Assembly (NCBI GenBank): GCA_964518965.1
Contig: CAZFJP010000002.1
Coordinates: 7,795-71,794, forward strand
Source of the DNA: an uncultured Candidatus Saccharibacteria bacterium
GTDB lineage: Bacteria; Patescibacteriota; SOKK01
DNA: 64,000 bases
Reading direction: 5' to 3'
Shown here piece by piece: positions 27,326-35,520 of the stretch. Every line of letters starts with the position of its first letter. The first letter of the stretch is position 1. The notes under the pieces are model-generated. The model had not been told where the DNA came from. It saw only the letters and a program-made list of their open reading frames with translations, and ran no database searches. A program made the position numbers and the translations under genes.

Positions 27326-28807
27326 ATGCTAAAACGAATATTTTCTCAAAAACGACTAGCAGTTCTAACTACAATAGTACTAATACTGGGAACAATTTTT
27401 AGTTTTGTTCCTCAAAAGGCTCTTGCAACTACTGCTTGGAACGCATTACCTTCCACAGGATTTGATGCCGCAGTAACCGGAATTTCTGCCATATCTGAAA
27501 CTGCCGTTTGGGCCTGTGGGGCTGATAATGATTCCTCAGGAGATATCGCAAGATACAATGGTTATACCTGGACTCATCAAACAATCCCCACTTCTGTAGT
27601 TCTCTGGGATATCTCCATGGCAAGTTCATCAGTGGGAGTAGCAGTCGGAGCTTCTGATGGTACCCGCGGTGTAATTCTCTACACTTCTAATGGTGGAACT
27701 ACTTGGACCCAGAGCACTGACGCTAGTATTCCCAATGTTAATCTTTTGGGAGTTTCAATGGCAAGCACAACAGTTGGCTGGGCAGTTGGACAAGATGCCT
27801 CTGGTACCGAAACAGTGCTTTATACCTCCGATGGTGGCGTAAACTGGGATACCCAAACTGCATCTGCTAGTGGTAATGTCGATTTCAATGACGTTGACGC
27901 TGTTTCTACTTCCGTAGCAGTACTTTGCGGCCAGAGCGACGGAACTAGAGGTACAATCTTTTACACCAGTAATGGCGGCACTACATGGACCCAACATACT
28001 GACGCTGACATTCCTGGCGTTGATCTTAACGGCGTTTATGTTGCCAGCACTTCTGTTGCCTTTGTAGTAGGAAATACAACTAACTTGGGATTAGGAAATG
28101 ACCAAGGAACAATTCTGTCTACCACAAATTTATCTGGCGGTACTTGGGATATTTCATTTGACTCCACGATTCCTGAACAAAATCTCTCCGGTGTAGATGG
28201 AACTTCTACAACCAGAGTTTGGGTTGGTGGAGCGAATGATACAATGTTAGAAACAAGTGATGGAAACGACTGGGACATCAACAGTGTCCCTAGTAATACT
28301 AATCTTTGTCGTCGCCTTTCTGCCGAAAGCGCCGACCATGTTTACGGTACCTGTTCGGGAAGTGACTACGTCATTGCTTCTTTCGATATAACTGGTCATG
28401 ATGTGGAATTTGACTTAGGAATCGCAATCACAATTTCTCTTGACAGCACTGCCAGTTATGACTTTGGCACAGTCATTCCTGAAGTTATTTATACCTCCCC
28501 AGACAATGTCCGCACTGTCAATGTCAAAACTAACAATCCTACCGGTTGGGTTCTTTATATTAAAGGATTAGGCAATTTCACCAGTGGTGCTAATTCAGTT
28601 AATCTTAGTGTCTTGGAATGGGCATCAGACAGTACAGTCTGGACCGACACCACTACCAGCGACACAATGGTAACTAGCGATGCTAACCCTACCGGCTCAG
28701 GTGGTGTAGACACTGGCATGGAATATCGCTTAAACACTGTTCCTTTTGGAACTCCTGTTGCAAACAATTATACTACTACAATTACTTACACTGCTGCAAC
28801 TCAATAA
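27326..28807 (+). CDS. Secreted BNR/Asp-box (Ycf48-like) beta-propeller protein with a C-terminal WxL-like domain
   Basis: Repeated YTSNGGTTW/YTSDGGVNW Asp boxes; C-terminal VNVKTNNPTGWVLYIK...YTTTITYTA. Confidence 0.8.
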   Translation: MLKRIFSQKRLAVLTTIVLILGTIFSFVPQKALATTAWNALPSTGFDAAVTGISAISETAVWACGADNDSSGDIARYNGYTWTHQTIPTSVVLWDISMASSSVGVAVGASDGTRGVILYTSNGGTTWTQSTDASIPNVNLLGVSMASTTVGWAVGQDASGTETVLYTSDGGVNWDTQTASASGNVDFNDVDAVSTSVAVLCGQSDGTRGTIFYTSNGGTTWTQHTDADIPGVDLNGVYVASTSVAFVVGNTTNLGLGNDQGTILSTTNLSGGTWDISFDSTIPEQNLSGVDGTSTTRVWVGGANDTMLETSDGNDWDINSVPSNTNLCRRLSAESADHVYGTCSGSDYVIASFDITGHDVEFDLGIAITISLDSTASYDFGTVIPEVIYTSPDNVRTVNVKTNNPTGWVLYIKGLGNFTSGANSVNLSVLEWASDSTVWTDTTTSDTMVTSDANPTGSGGVDTGMEYRLNTVPFGTPVANNYTTTITYTAATQ

Positions 28808-28828
28808 AAATCTTCATTCAAAGAAAAC

Positions 28829-28858
28829 AAAAACCCTGTTTACCAAGACAGGGTTTTT
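28829..28858 (+). terminator. Intrinsic terminator
   Basis: AAAAACCCTGT-ttaccaag-ACAGGGTTTTT. Confidence 0.75.
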
Positions 28859-28897
28859 CAATTTGTGCTATAATAATTTTGATTAATCCTAATTTAG

Positions 28898-30037
28898 ATG
28901 AAGAGAACTACGATTTATCGGATTTTACTTTTTGTCCTGACCCTTAGCCTGATTCCCCAGGTAGTTTTATCAGCTCCCCAAAGCAAATTTACCGTTTCTC
29001 CTCCTAAGCTGGAATATGTTGCTAATCCCGGGCAAACTGTGACAAAACAAATTAAAGTTGCTAATACCGGCAAAGAAAAAATTGCTATTTTCAGCTATTC
29101 GCAATCTTATTCCATCAGCCGTGAGGGAATCCACTCCTTTTTTCTTCTTCCTCAAAACAAAAGCTCTGCGCAGGATTGGATTACTACTAACATCAAAGAA
29201 TTCCGTCTGAAACCAAATCAGATCCAAGATATCAATGTTACCGTAAAAGTACCTGGCAACGTGGAGTTAAAGAGTTACGAAGCGATTCTCTTCTTTGAAC
29301 AAAAAGTTAGCAGTACAAAACCAGAAAATATTGGGATTCAAACCAACAGCCGCATTGGTGTTCCTATTTTTATTCAAATCGGCAAGGAAGGAATTAACCG
29401 CGAAGGTTTTTTAGGAGATCTTAAAGTTAAAGTGGATTGGGGGAAATTAATTGAATTTAAGCCTAAATTCAAGATTAACTGGCGTTATCTTTTTGTTCCC
29501 AAAGAAGTCAAAGCTACCACGCTTTTCGTTAACAATGGTAATGTTTTTATTACCCTTGATAATGGCTGGACTACTTTCACACCAAAATGGAAAAAACTGG
29601 GAAAAGAAGATCAGGTACCACTCTTCCGTATCACTGCCTTACCTCACTCGGAACGTATCTTGGAAGCAATTTGGGAAAAACCACCGTTCTTAGGACCTGC
29701 CACTGCAATGAGCAAAGTTATCTTCTCTTCGCCGGTTGAACCACCGCAACTGGAAGATGAATTCTGGATTATTCCTTGGCGGTTGATTATTTTAATCATT
29801 TTGATTTTAATTATTATCTTCCGCCGCCAGCTTTGGAAATTAATCAAAGCAATTAGCCGCTACATTAAAGAAAAACGAGAATTAGCAAAAGCGCGAAGCA
29901 AAACCAAACGAATCATTAACTTAAATAAAAAGAAAACCCCAGAGACAAACAGAGTAGTTAGACACATTGATATCAATACCTCCACACAAAGAGAATCAAA
30001 AAGACCAAGTCCCCCAAGACGTTTTATCCAAAACTAA
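28898..30037 (+). CDS. DUF916/PapD-like membrane-anchored partner of WxL proteins
   Basis: VSPPKLE..ANPGQTVT..IKVANTG...DWI.....F.LKPNQ...VTVKVP...Y...IGVPIFI; C-terminal TM + basic tail. Confidence 0.72.
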   Translation: MKRTTIYRILLFVLTLSLIPQVVLSAPQSKFTVSPPKLEYVANPGQTVTKQIKVANTGKEKIAIFSYSQSYSISREGIHSFFLLPQNKSSAQDWITTNIKEFRLKPNQIQDINVTVKVPGNVELKSYEAILFFEQKVSSTKPENIGIQTNSRIGVPIFIQIGKEGINREGFLGDLKVKVDWGKLIEFKPKFKINWRYLFVPKEVKATTLFVNNGNVFITLDNGWTTFTPKWKKLGKEDQVPLFRITALPHSERILEAIWEKPPFLGPATAMSKVIFSSPVEPPQLEDEFWIIPWRLIILIILILIIIFRRQLWKLIKAISRYIKEKRELAKARSKTKRIINLNKKKTPETNRVVRHIDINTSTQRESKRPSPPRRFIQN

Positions 30038-30044
30038 CTCACCT

Positions 30045-30073
30045 AAAAACCCTGTTGGAAATGACAGGGTTTT
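30045..30073. terminator. Bidirectional intrinsic terminator
   Basis: AAAAACCCTGT-tggaaatg-ACAGGGTTTTT between convergent genes. Confidence 0.75.
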
Positions 30074-30093
30074 TATATTTACCAGAAAACAAC

Positions 30094-31122
30094 CTAAATA
30101 ATTAACATCGCATCGCCAAAACTGTAAAACCGATACTTCCTTTTTATTGCTTCCTGATAGGCTTTTTTAATCAATCTTCTCCCAGCAAAAGCCGAAACTA
30201 ACATCAAAAGAGTAGACTTTGGCAAATGAAAATTAGAAATCAAAGCATCAATTGTTTTAAATTGATAGCCGGGATAGATAAACAAACTCGTAGTCCCTCT
30301 CACAGGATTAAACTTGCCATCCTGAAAACTACTCTCTAACACTCTTACTGAGGTTGTTCCTACTGCAATAATTCTCTTCCGATCTTGACGGACTCTATTC
30401 AGTAAATTAGCAGTTTTTCGATCCATCTCAAACCATTCCGAATGCATTTGATGTTTTTCAACTACCCCCGACCGCACCGGTTGAAAAGTACCCAATCCCA
30501 CATGTAATGTCACAAAAGCAAATTGAACACCTTTTTGTTTTAAATCATTCATCAATTCGTTAGTAAAATGAAATCCTGCCGTCGGTGCCGCCACTGATCC
30601 TTTCCGTTTTGCGTAAATAGTTTGATAATCCGATCTAGTAATCCGGCTATTAGTAATGTAAGGAGGTAATGGAACACTACCGCGGTTCTCAATAAACTGC
30701 AAAACTCTCTCACCACTATCTCGAAACCTCAAACCGGCAATTCCATCCTCAAAAACTTTTTCGACAACTGCTTCCAACTTGTCACCGATGAGAATAATCG
30801 CCCCTACTTTAACTCGTTTAATCGGCTTTACTAAAAATTGAAAAAGCTCTCCTTTTTGACTTAGAAACAACAAATCTAACTTAGCACTCTTTTTGCCATC
30901 AACTATTTTATCACCCGAAAGTTTAGCCGGGATTACCTTGGATTGATTGCAAACTAAAACATCGCCTTTCTTGAGATAATAACCTATCTCATAGAAATAA
31001 CGATGTTCTATTAAACCTTTCTTACGATTAATAATTAAAAGCCGCGAGTGATCGCGGGGTCTTTTTGGTCTTTGAGCAATTAATGCTCTAGGAAGATCAT
31101 AATCAAAATCGCTAAGACGCAT
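30094..31122 (-). CDS. queA: S-adenosylmethionine:tRNA ribosyltransferase-isomerase
   Basis: FDYDLP..LIAQ.P, PLPPYI, GSVAAPTAGFHF, TLHVGLGTF, YRFYSFGDAM. Confidence 0.97.
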   Translation of the reverse strand: MRLSDFDYDLPRALIAQRPKRPRDHSRLLIINRKKGLIEHRYFYEIGYYLKKGDVLVCNQSKVIPAKLSGDKIVDGKKSAKLDLLFLSQKGELFQFLVKPIKRVKVGAIILIGDKLEAVVEKVFEDGIAGLRFRDSGERVLQFIENRGSVPLPPYITNSRITRSDYQTIYAKRKGSVAAPTAGFHFTNELMNDLKQKGVQFAFVTLHVGLGTFQPVRSGVVEKHQMHSEWFEMDRKTANLLNRVRQDRKRIIAVGTTSVRVLESSFQDGKFNPVRGTTSLFIYPGYQFKTIDALISNFHLPKSTLLMLVSAFAGRRLIKKAYQEAIKRKYRFYSFGDAMLII

Positions 31123-31693
31123 AATTTTCCTTTTTGGTAATCTGATCTTGCTCTCGCTTCTTTCTTTTAAAAAAATCTTCTACCAGAATCAATACTTTTT
31201 CCTCTACCTCAAAAGGTTTGGGAATATTGCGAAAACTGAAACGACCCACCTCTGCACCAGCTGTTTCTACATCAACATTCCCAAAACGCAGAAGAACCGG
31301 CAAAAATCCCTTAATCTCTGCTTTAATATTTTGTACCTGTCCTAAGCTTAACTGCGAAACCGAACGGTTAAAAAGACCTTTCTGATCAATATCAATTAAA
31401 CGATCATTCGTCAAAATCCAAACATCCAAATAGTAATTAAGCCAGCCAATATAAAGAAATAGCGCAACAAAAAGAAAATAAAGAAAGGAAAAAAGTATCC
31501 AAATATTTCCCCACATTCCTTGCAAAAGAGTAGGAAGATACTGATCAATTAAAGCCCACGCTACAAACCACATTAATACCAAGACAAAAGCAAAAAGAAG
31601 ATTACCGGCAAATTTAAACCAGTGCACCCTTGCTAAAAGCACCGTTTTTTCATCCGCTTGCTGGCCAGGAAATTGTTTTTTTAATTCCCTCAT
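31112..31693 (-). CDS. Bacterial PH-domain membrane protein (paralog of 22065-22730)
   Basis: RVHW, TMs, ILTNDRLIDIDQKGLFNR...FGNVDVETAG; start at MRELKK. Confidence 0.8.
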   Translation of the reverse strand: MRELKKQFPGQQADEKTVLLARVHWFKFAGNLLFAFVLVLMWFVAWALIDQYLPTLLQGMWGNIWILFSFLYFLFVALFLYIGWLNYYLDVWILTNDRLIDIDQKGLFNRSVSQLSLGQVQNIKAEIKGFLPVLLRFGNVDVETAGAEVGRFSFRNIPKPFEVEEKVLILVEDFFKRKKREQDQITKKENYAS

Positions 31694-31694
31694 T

Positions 31695-31916
31695 TTAACT
31701 AAAAATAGTGAGATCCAAATCCTGATTCCAATTCGCACCCAAGATATAAACTCCTGAAATAATAATCAAAGTCAACCCAAAAAGAATAAAAATAATAGTT
31801 ACATATTTCGTCGCGTCTCCCACAAACCCAAAACGCTTCGCGGAAAATATCGCAAAACTAGCGAAAATTAGATAGATAATCAGAAATATGATATAGATAA
31901 TAACGGGAATAATCAT
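31695..31916 (-). CDS. Small two-TM membrane protein
   Basis: Hydrophobic; RFGFVGDAT loop; operonic spacing. Confidence 0.7.
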   Translation of the reverse strand: MIIPVIIYIIFLIIYLIFASFAIFSAKRFGFVGDATKYVTIIFILFGLTLIIISGVYILGANWNQDLDLTIFS

Positions 31917-31921
31917 ATCCT

Positions 31922-31992
31922 AAACTTAAAACGAAAAACGTAAAATGAAAAATAAAAATTATTTTTTCTTTTTTCATTTTTCGTTTTAAGTT
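31922..31992. repeat. AT-rich inverted heptamer-array hairpin
   Basis: aaactta aaacgaa aaacgta aaatgaa aaataaa ... tttcatt ttttcgtt ttaagttt. Confidence 0.55.
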
Positions 31993-32459
31993 TATACCTC
32001 ATGTCCTGGTTCAATTTTAATCTCTTCTTTCTTAATTTCTTTTTTTACAAGCGGGGTAACTTTTTCTTCTTTTTTCGGAAGCGCCTTGGAAACATCTACT
32101 TTCGGCTTTGGCTCCAGCATCTTACAATTACCAATTAAAAGCGCCCCTTCCGCTACTTTTAGTTTTGCAATATCAACATCACCAACAATTTTTGCGGTCT
32201 CAGTTAATTCCAACAGAGTTTTTACTTTTACATTACCAGTAACCGTACCTGAAATCACTGCACTATAAGCATTGATATTTCCTTTCACCTCTGCCGGATC
32301 TCCCATAATCAAATGTCCCCCAATATCAACGTTCCCCTCCAGTTTTCCGTCAATCTTAACATTCCCTTCACTCCTTAAATTTCCTTTGACATCAACCGAT
32401 GCTTCTAAAATTGTTTCAATGTCTTTTCTGGGAGGCTCAGGTAATTTATTTTCGAACAT
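31992..32459 (-). CDS. Bactofilin (polymer-forming cytoskeletal protein)
   Basis: ETIL...V.VKGNL...G.VKIDG.LEGNV beta-helix repeats. Confidence 0.92.
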   Translation of the reverse strand: MFENKLPEPPRKDIETILEASVDVKGNLRSEGNVKIDGKLEGNVDIGGHLIMGDPAEVKGNINAYSAVISGTVTGNVKVKTLLELTETAKIVGDVDIAKLKVAEGALLIGNCKMLEPKPKVDVSKALPKKEEKVTPLVKKEIKKEEIKIEPGHEV

Positions 32460-32524
32460 AGAAATTTTAGTAATTATTTGTTAGTGATTAACGAATAACG
32501 ATCAGTCGTCCTATTCATTAGCCA

Positions 32525-33013
32525 TTATTTTTGCCCCATTGCTTTTTGCAATACTGTTTTCTCCTCATCGGAAAGATGATATTTGGTTTGACCCTTAGCA
32601 ATCGGTTTCGCATATACTCTTGTCCCTTCACGACTGTGTAAACTGGAGATTACTACCCCATTATCAAAAGAATCAAGTAAAGCCAAAGCAAAACTTTGAT
32701 CACCTCCCGTATCATCAAAAGGATTGAAACGCATTAAAACAACTTTTTTAATACAAATGTCAGTGGTGTCACTAATTTTTTGGGCGAACTGGGAAAGTTT
32801 TTGAATATCGCTGGCATTCTGATTGACTTGCTTTACTTGTTTCAATAAAAGCTCTTCTAAATTATCCACTTTGACTCCCTGGAACATTTCGCGATTTTTC
32901 TTGTTCAGTAAAACCAGTCGAATTTGTAAATAAACAACCCAAATTAAAAGAACCACACTAGAAATAAGCAGAATCATAGTTAAAGATTGATTTTCCTGAA
33001 CGAAATTAAACAT
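32525..33013 (-). CDS. DUF4446-like protein
   Basis: N-terminal TM, coiled coil, RFNPFDDTGGDQSFALALLD...NGVVISSLHSRE.TRVYAKP...LSDEE. Confidence 0.88.
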   Translation of the reverse strand: MFNFVQENQSLTMILLISSVVLLIWVVYLQIRLVLLNKKNREMFQGVKVDNLEELLLKQVKQVNQNASDIQKLSQFAQKISDTTDICIKKVVLMRFNPFDDTGGDQSFALALLDSFDNGVVISSLHSREGTRVYAKPIAKGQTKYHLSDEEKTVLQKAMGQK

Positions 33014-33128
33014 TGAAGGAAAATTAATTGCAGCTACATTATAGCGAAAAAGTTAATCTGAGTAAAGTCATTTGCTTGCATAATTCTTAATTATTAAGCT
33101 ATAATAGAATCGCATTTAAATCACCATC

Positions 33129-33461
33129 ATGTCTAAGAAAAGTAAAAACAAGAAAAGACGCCGCAAAGAACGCTTAAAACGTCTCCGCGCTCAACTTTTG
33201 GCTCAACAGCAAAGTCAAACCCAAGTAGAATCAACTCCAACCAAACTAACTCCAAAAACACCTGCGCTAAACCAAGTTACCGAACAAAAACCAGAAGTAA
33301 TTGAGGCAATTGACCCGGAAGAAAAGAATATGCGCAAGGAATTAAAAAAATACTTCTTGATTTCACTTTTGATTACAATAATTCTAGTTGCTCTCGGACT
33401 AATCATGAATCTAACAACATGGATTAACCCAGTAAAAGACTGGATCGCAAAAATAGTTTAA
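33129..33461 (+). CDS. Hypothetical membrane protein with a basic N-terminus
   Basis: Own promoter (TATAAT about 33100) and terminator 33483-33511; single C-terminal TM. Confidence 0.65.
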   Translation: MSKKSKNKKRRRKERLKRLRAQLLAQQQSQTQVESTPTKLTPKTPALNQVTEQKPEVIEAIDPEEKNMRKELKKYFLISLLITIILVALGLIMNLTTWINPVKDWIAKIV

Positions 33462-33512
33462 TTTTCTTTTTTCTATACTATAAAAACTCCTCTAGCAAAA
33501 GAGGGGTTTTTA

Positions 33513-35024
33513 TTAATGATTTTGTCGGTATTGTAAACTCTCAGCAATATGTCGTGATTTAATTTGACTGTTTTCTTCTAAATCAGCAATTGTTCGCGCA
33601 ACTTTTAAAACACGATGATAAGCCCGCGCTGATAAACTCATTTGAGTCACTGCTGATTTTAACAAACCTTGACTTTCTCTATCAATCACACAATGTTTCC
33701 GAATTTGTTCTAAATCCATCTCCGCATTAGTTCTTACAACCAAACTATCTTTAAAACGATATGATTGAATCTGGCGAGCTTTCTCTACTCGCTTACGAAC
33801 TATTTCTGAAGCTTCACCCTGTTCATCACTAGTTAATTTTTCATATTTTACGCGTGCTACCTCCACTTGAAGATCAATGCGATCTAAAAATGGTCCTGAA
33901 ATCTTCTTCTGATAATTTGCTACTTGCACAGGTGTACAAACACAGTCACGCAAGGGATCAGTCAAGTAGCCGCAAGGGCAGGGATTCATACTAGCAACCA
34001 AAGTGAACGAGGCAGGATAAGTAATTGTTCCCTGTGCGCGAGAGATTGCTATTTTACCTTCTTCAAGAGGTTGTCTTAATACTTCCAGAACTGGACGCGG
34101 AAACTCCGGCAATTCGTCTAAAAACAAAATTCCCCGATGACTCAAAGAAATCTCTCCTGGTCGTGGCCACTTTCCTCCGCCAACAAGTGCTACTGCGGAA
34201 CTGGTATGGTGAGGAGAACGAAAAGGTCTTTCTCTAACTAATGGTTGATCAGTTGAAAGTAATCCGGCAACACTGTAGATTTTACTTACTTCCAAAATTT
34301 CCTCCAATGTTAACTGTGGCAAGATAGACACCATCGCTTTTGCTAATAAAGTTTTTCCTGAGCCGGGAGGTCCCGACATTAGCAAATTATGGCCGCCGGC
34401 TGCAGCAATTTCCAGTGCTCTTTTTGCAAATTCTTGTCCTTTAATCAAAGATAAATCATTCTGATGAGTAATTTTTTGCACACAATCCAAGGAAAATCCT
34501 CGTGATTTTTCTACCCGCCACTCACCCTCATCCTTTAAGAGATCACTCAAACTATTTAAAGGATAGATATTAATTCCGGGAACCAAATTCGCTTCTTTAA
34601 AATTTTCTTGCGGTAAGAAAATTCCCGCAAATCCTTTTTCTCTCGCAAAACTCACTATTGGCAAAACACCATTTACTGGCCGGAGATTACCATCCAATGA
34701 CAGTTCGCCAACAAATAAATACTTACTTTCATCAAATTTAATTTGATGAGAAACTTTCAAAATACCAACCGCAATTGCAAGATCATAAGCAGGACCTTCT
34801 TTCTTTAAATCAGCAGGAGCAAGATTAATAGTCAAATGTCCCATTGGGAAAAAAGCACCACTGTTTTTTATTGCCAATTTAACCCGATCTCGTGATTCAA
34901 AAACAGCTTTATCAGGAAGTCCGACAATCATGAAGCCCGGCAATCCTTTTGTGATATCAACTTCTACCTCAATTTCTTGACATTCTAAACCAATTAAGGC
35001 GACACTCTTAATCTTAGTAAGCAT
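33513..35024 (-). CDS. comM: YifB/ComM Mg-chelatase-like AAA+ ATPase
   Basis: NLAPADLKKEG, GPPGSGKT, FRSPHHT, LFLDELPEF, MNPCPCG, SGPFLDRID. Confidence 0.95.
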   Translation of the reverse strand: MLTKIKSVALIGLECQEIEVEVDITKGLPGFMIVGLPDKAVFESRDRVKLAIKNSGAFFPMGHLTINLAPADLKKEGPAYDLAIAVGILKVSHQIKFDESKYLFVGELSLDGNLRPVNGVLPIVSFAREKGFAGIFLPQENFKEANLVPGINIYPLNSLSDLLKDEGEWRVEKSRGFSLDCVQKITHQNDLSLIKGQEFAKRALEIAAAGGHNLLMSGPPGSGKTLLAKAMVSILPQLTLEEILEVSKIYSVAGLLSTDQPLVRERPFRSPHHTSSAVALVGGGKWPRPGEISLSHRGILFLDELPEFPRPVLEVLRQPLEEGKIAISRAQGTITYPASFTLVASMNPCPCGYLTDPLRDCVCTPVQVANYQKKISGPFLDRIDLQVEVARVKYEKLTSDEQGEASEIVRKRVEKARQIQSYRFKDSLVVRTNAEMDLEQIRKHCVIDRESQGLLKSAVTQMSLSARAYHRVLKVARTIADLEENSQIKSRHIAESLQYRQNH

Positions 35025-35052
35025 AAAAATTACTCCTTTAATTGATTAAGTA

Positions 35053-35520
35053 TGAAGACAGAAGACTGAAGGCGGAAGTAATTAAATTAAAAAGACCTAT
35101 GACCTTGAGGTCTTTTTAATCATCGCTATGATAATACTTGTTATCTCATTAAGCTCTTCTTTTAAGTAATCTAAGTGATCTTGGGGGCAAATCTTTAAAT
35201 CCTCTACTACTCCGAACCAATAAAAAGTTTCTCGACATTCTCTTAGAGCAAAATTAAAAATACTAACGGATTCCTTTCGCGAACGAGCCGCAAGGGATTC
35301 AGCAAGACTAGCACCAACACTGGAAGCCGACCTGAGAAGCTGACTTGCAATTTCATAGTGATGAACTTTCTTTACGAGAAGAACAAATTTTGTTGTTTCT
35401 ACAGTAAATTTACGGTTTCTTAATCGGATATCAAAAACTTTTGTTTTCATAGTCCCTTCTTTAATTATAGAAAATTGAAATTTGGAATCTTCAGCCTTCT
35501 GCCTTCAGCCTTCTGTCTTT
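35053..35520 (-). mobile_element. Candidate element: four-helix-bundle gene bracketed by inverted 7-mer tandem arrays
   Basis: Left tgaagac agaagac tgaaggc ggaag; right cttcagc cttctgc cttcagc cttctgt; gene-less twin at 26156-26215. Confidence 0.65.
35097..35450 (-). CDS. Four helix bundle protein (23S rRNA IVP/TIGR02436-like)
   Basis: IASQLLRSASSVGASLAE..AARSRKE....FALRECRETFYW. Confidence 0.9.
   Translation of the reverse strand: MKTKVFDIRLRNRKFTVETTKFVLLVKKVHHYEIASQLLRSASSVGASLAESLAARSRKESVSIFNFALRECRETFYWFGVVEDLKICPQDHLDYLKEELNEITSIIIAMIKKTSRS

Noticed and set aside
35097-35450. Diversity-generating retroelement, because of the Avd-like fold
   Set aside because: No reverse transcriptase and no template/variable repeat pair with adenine-specific mismatches was seen in the window.
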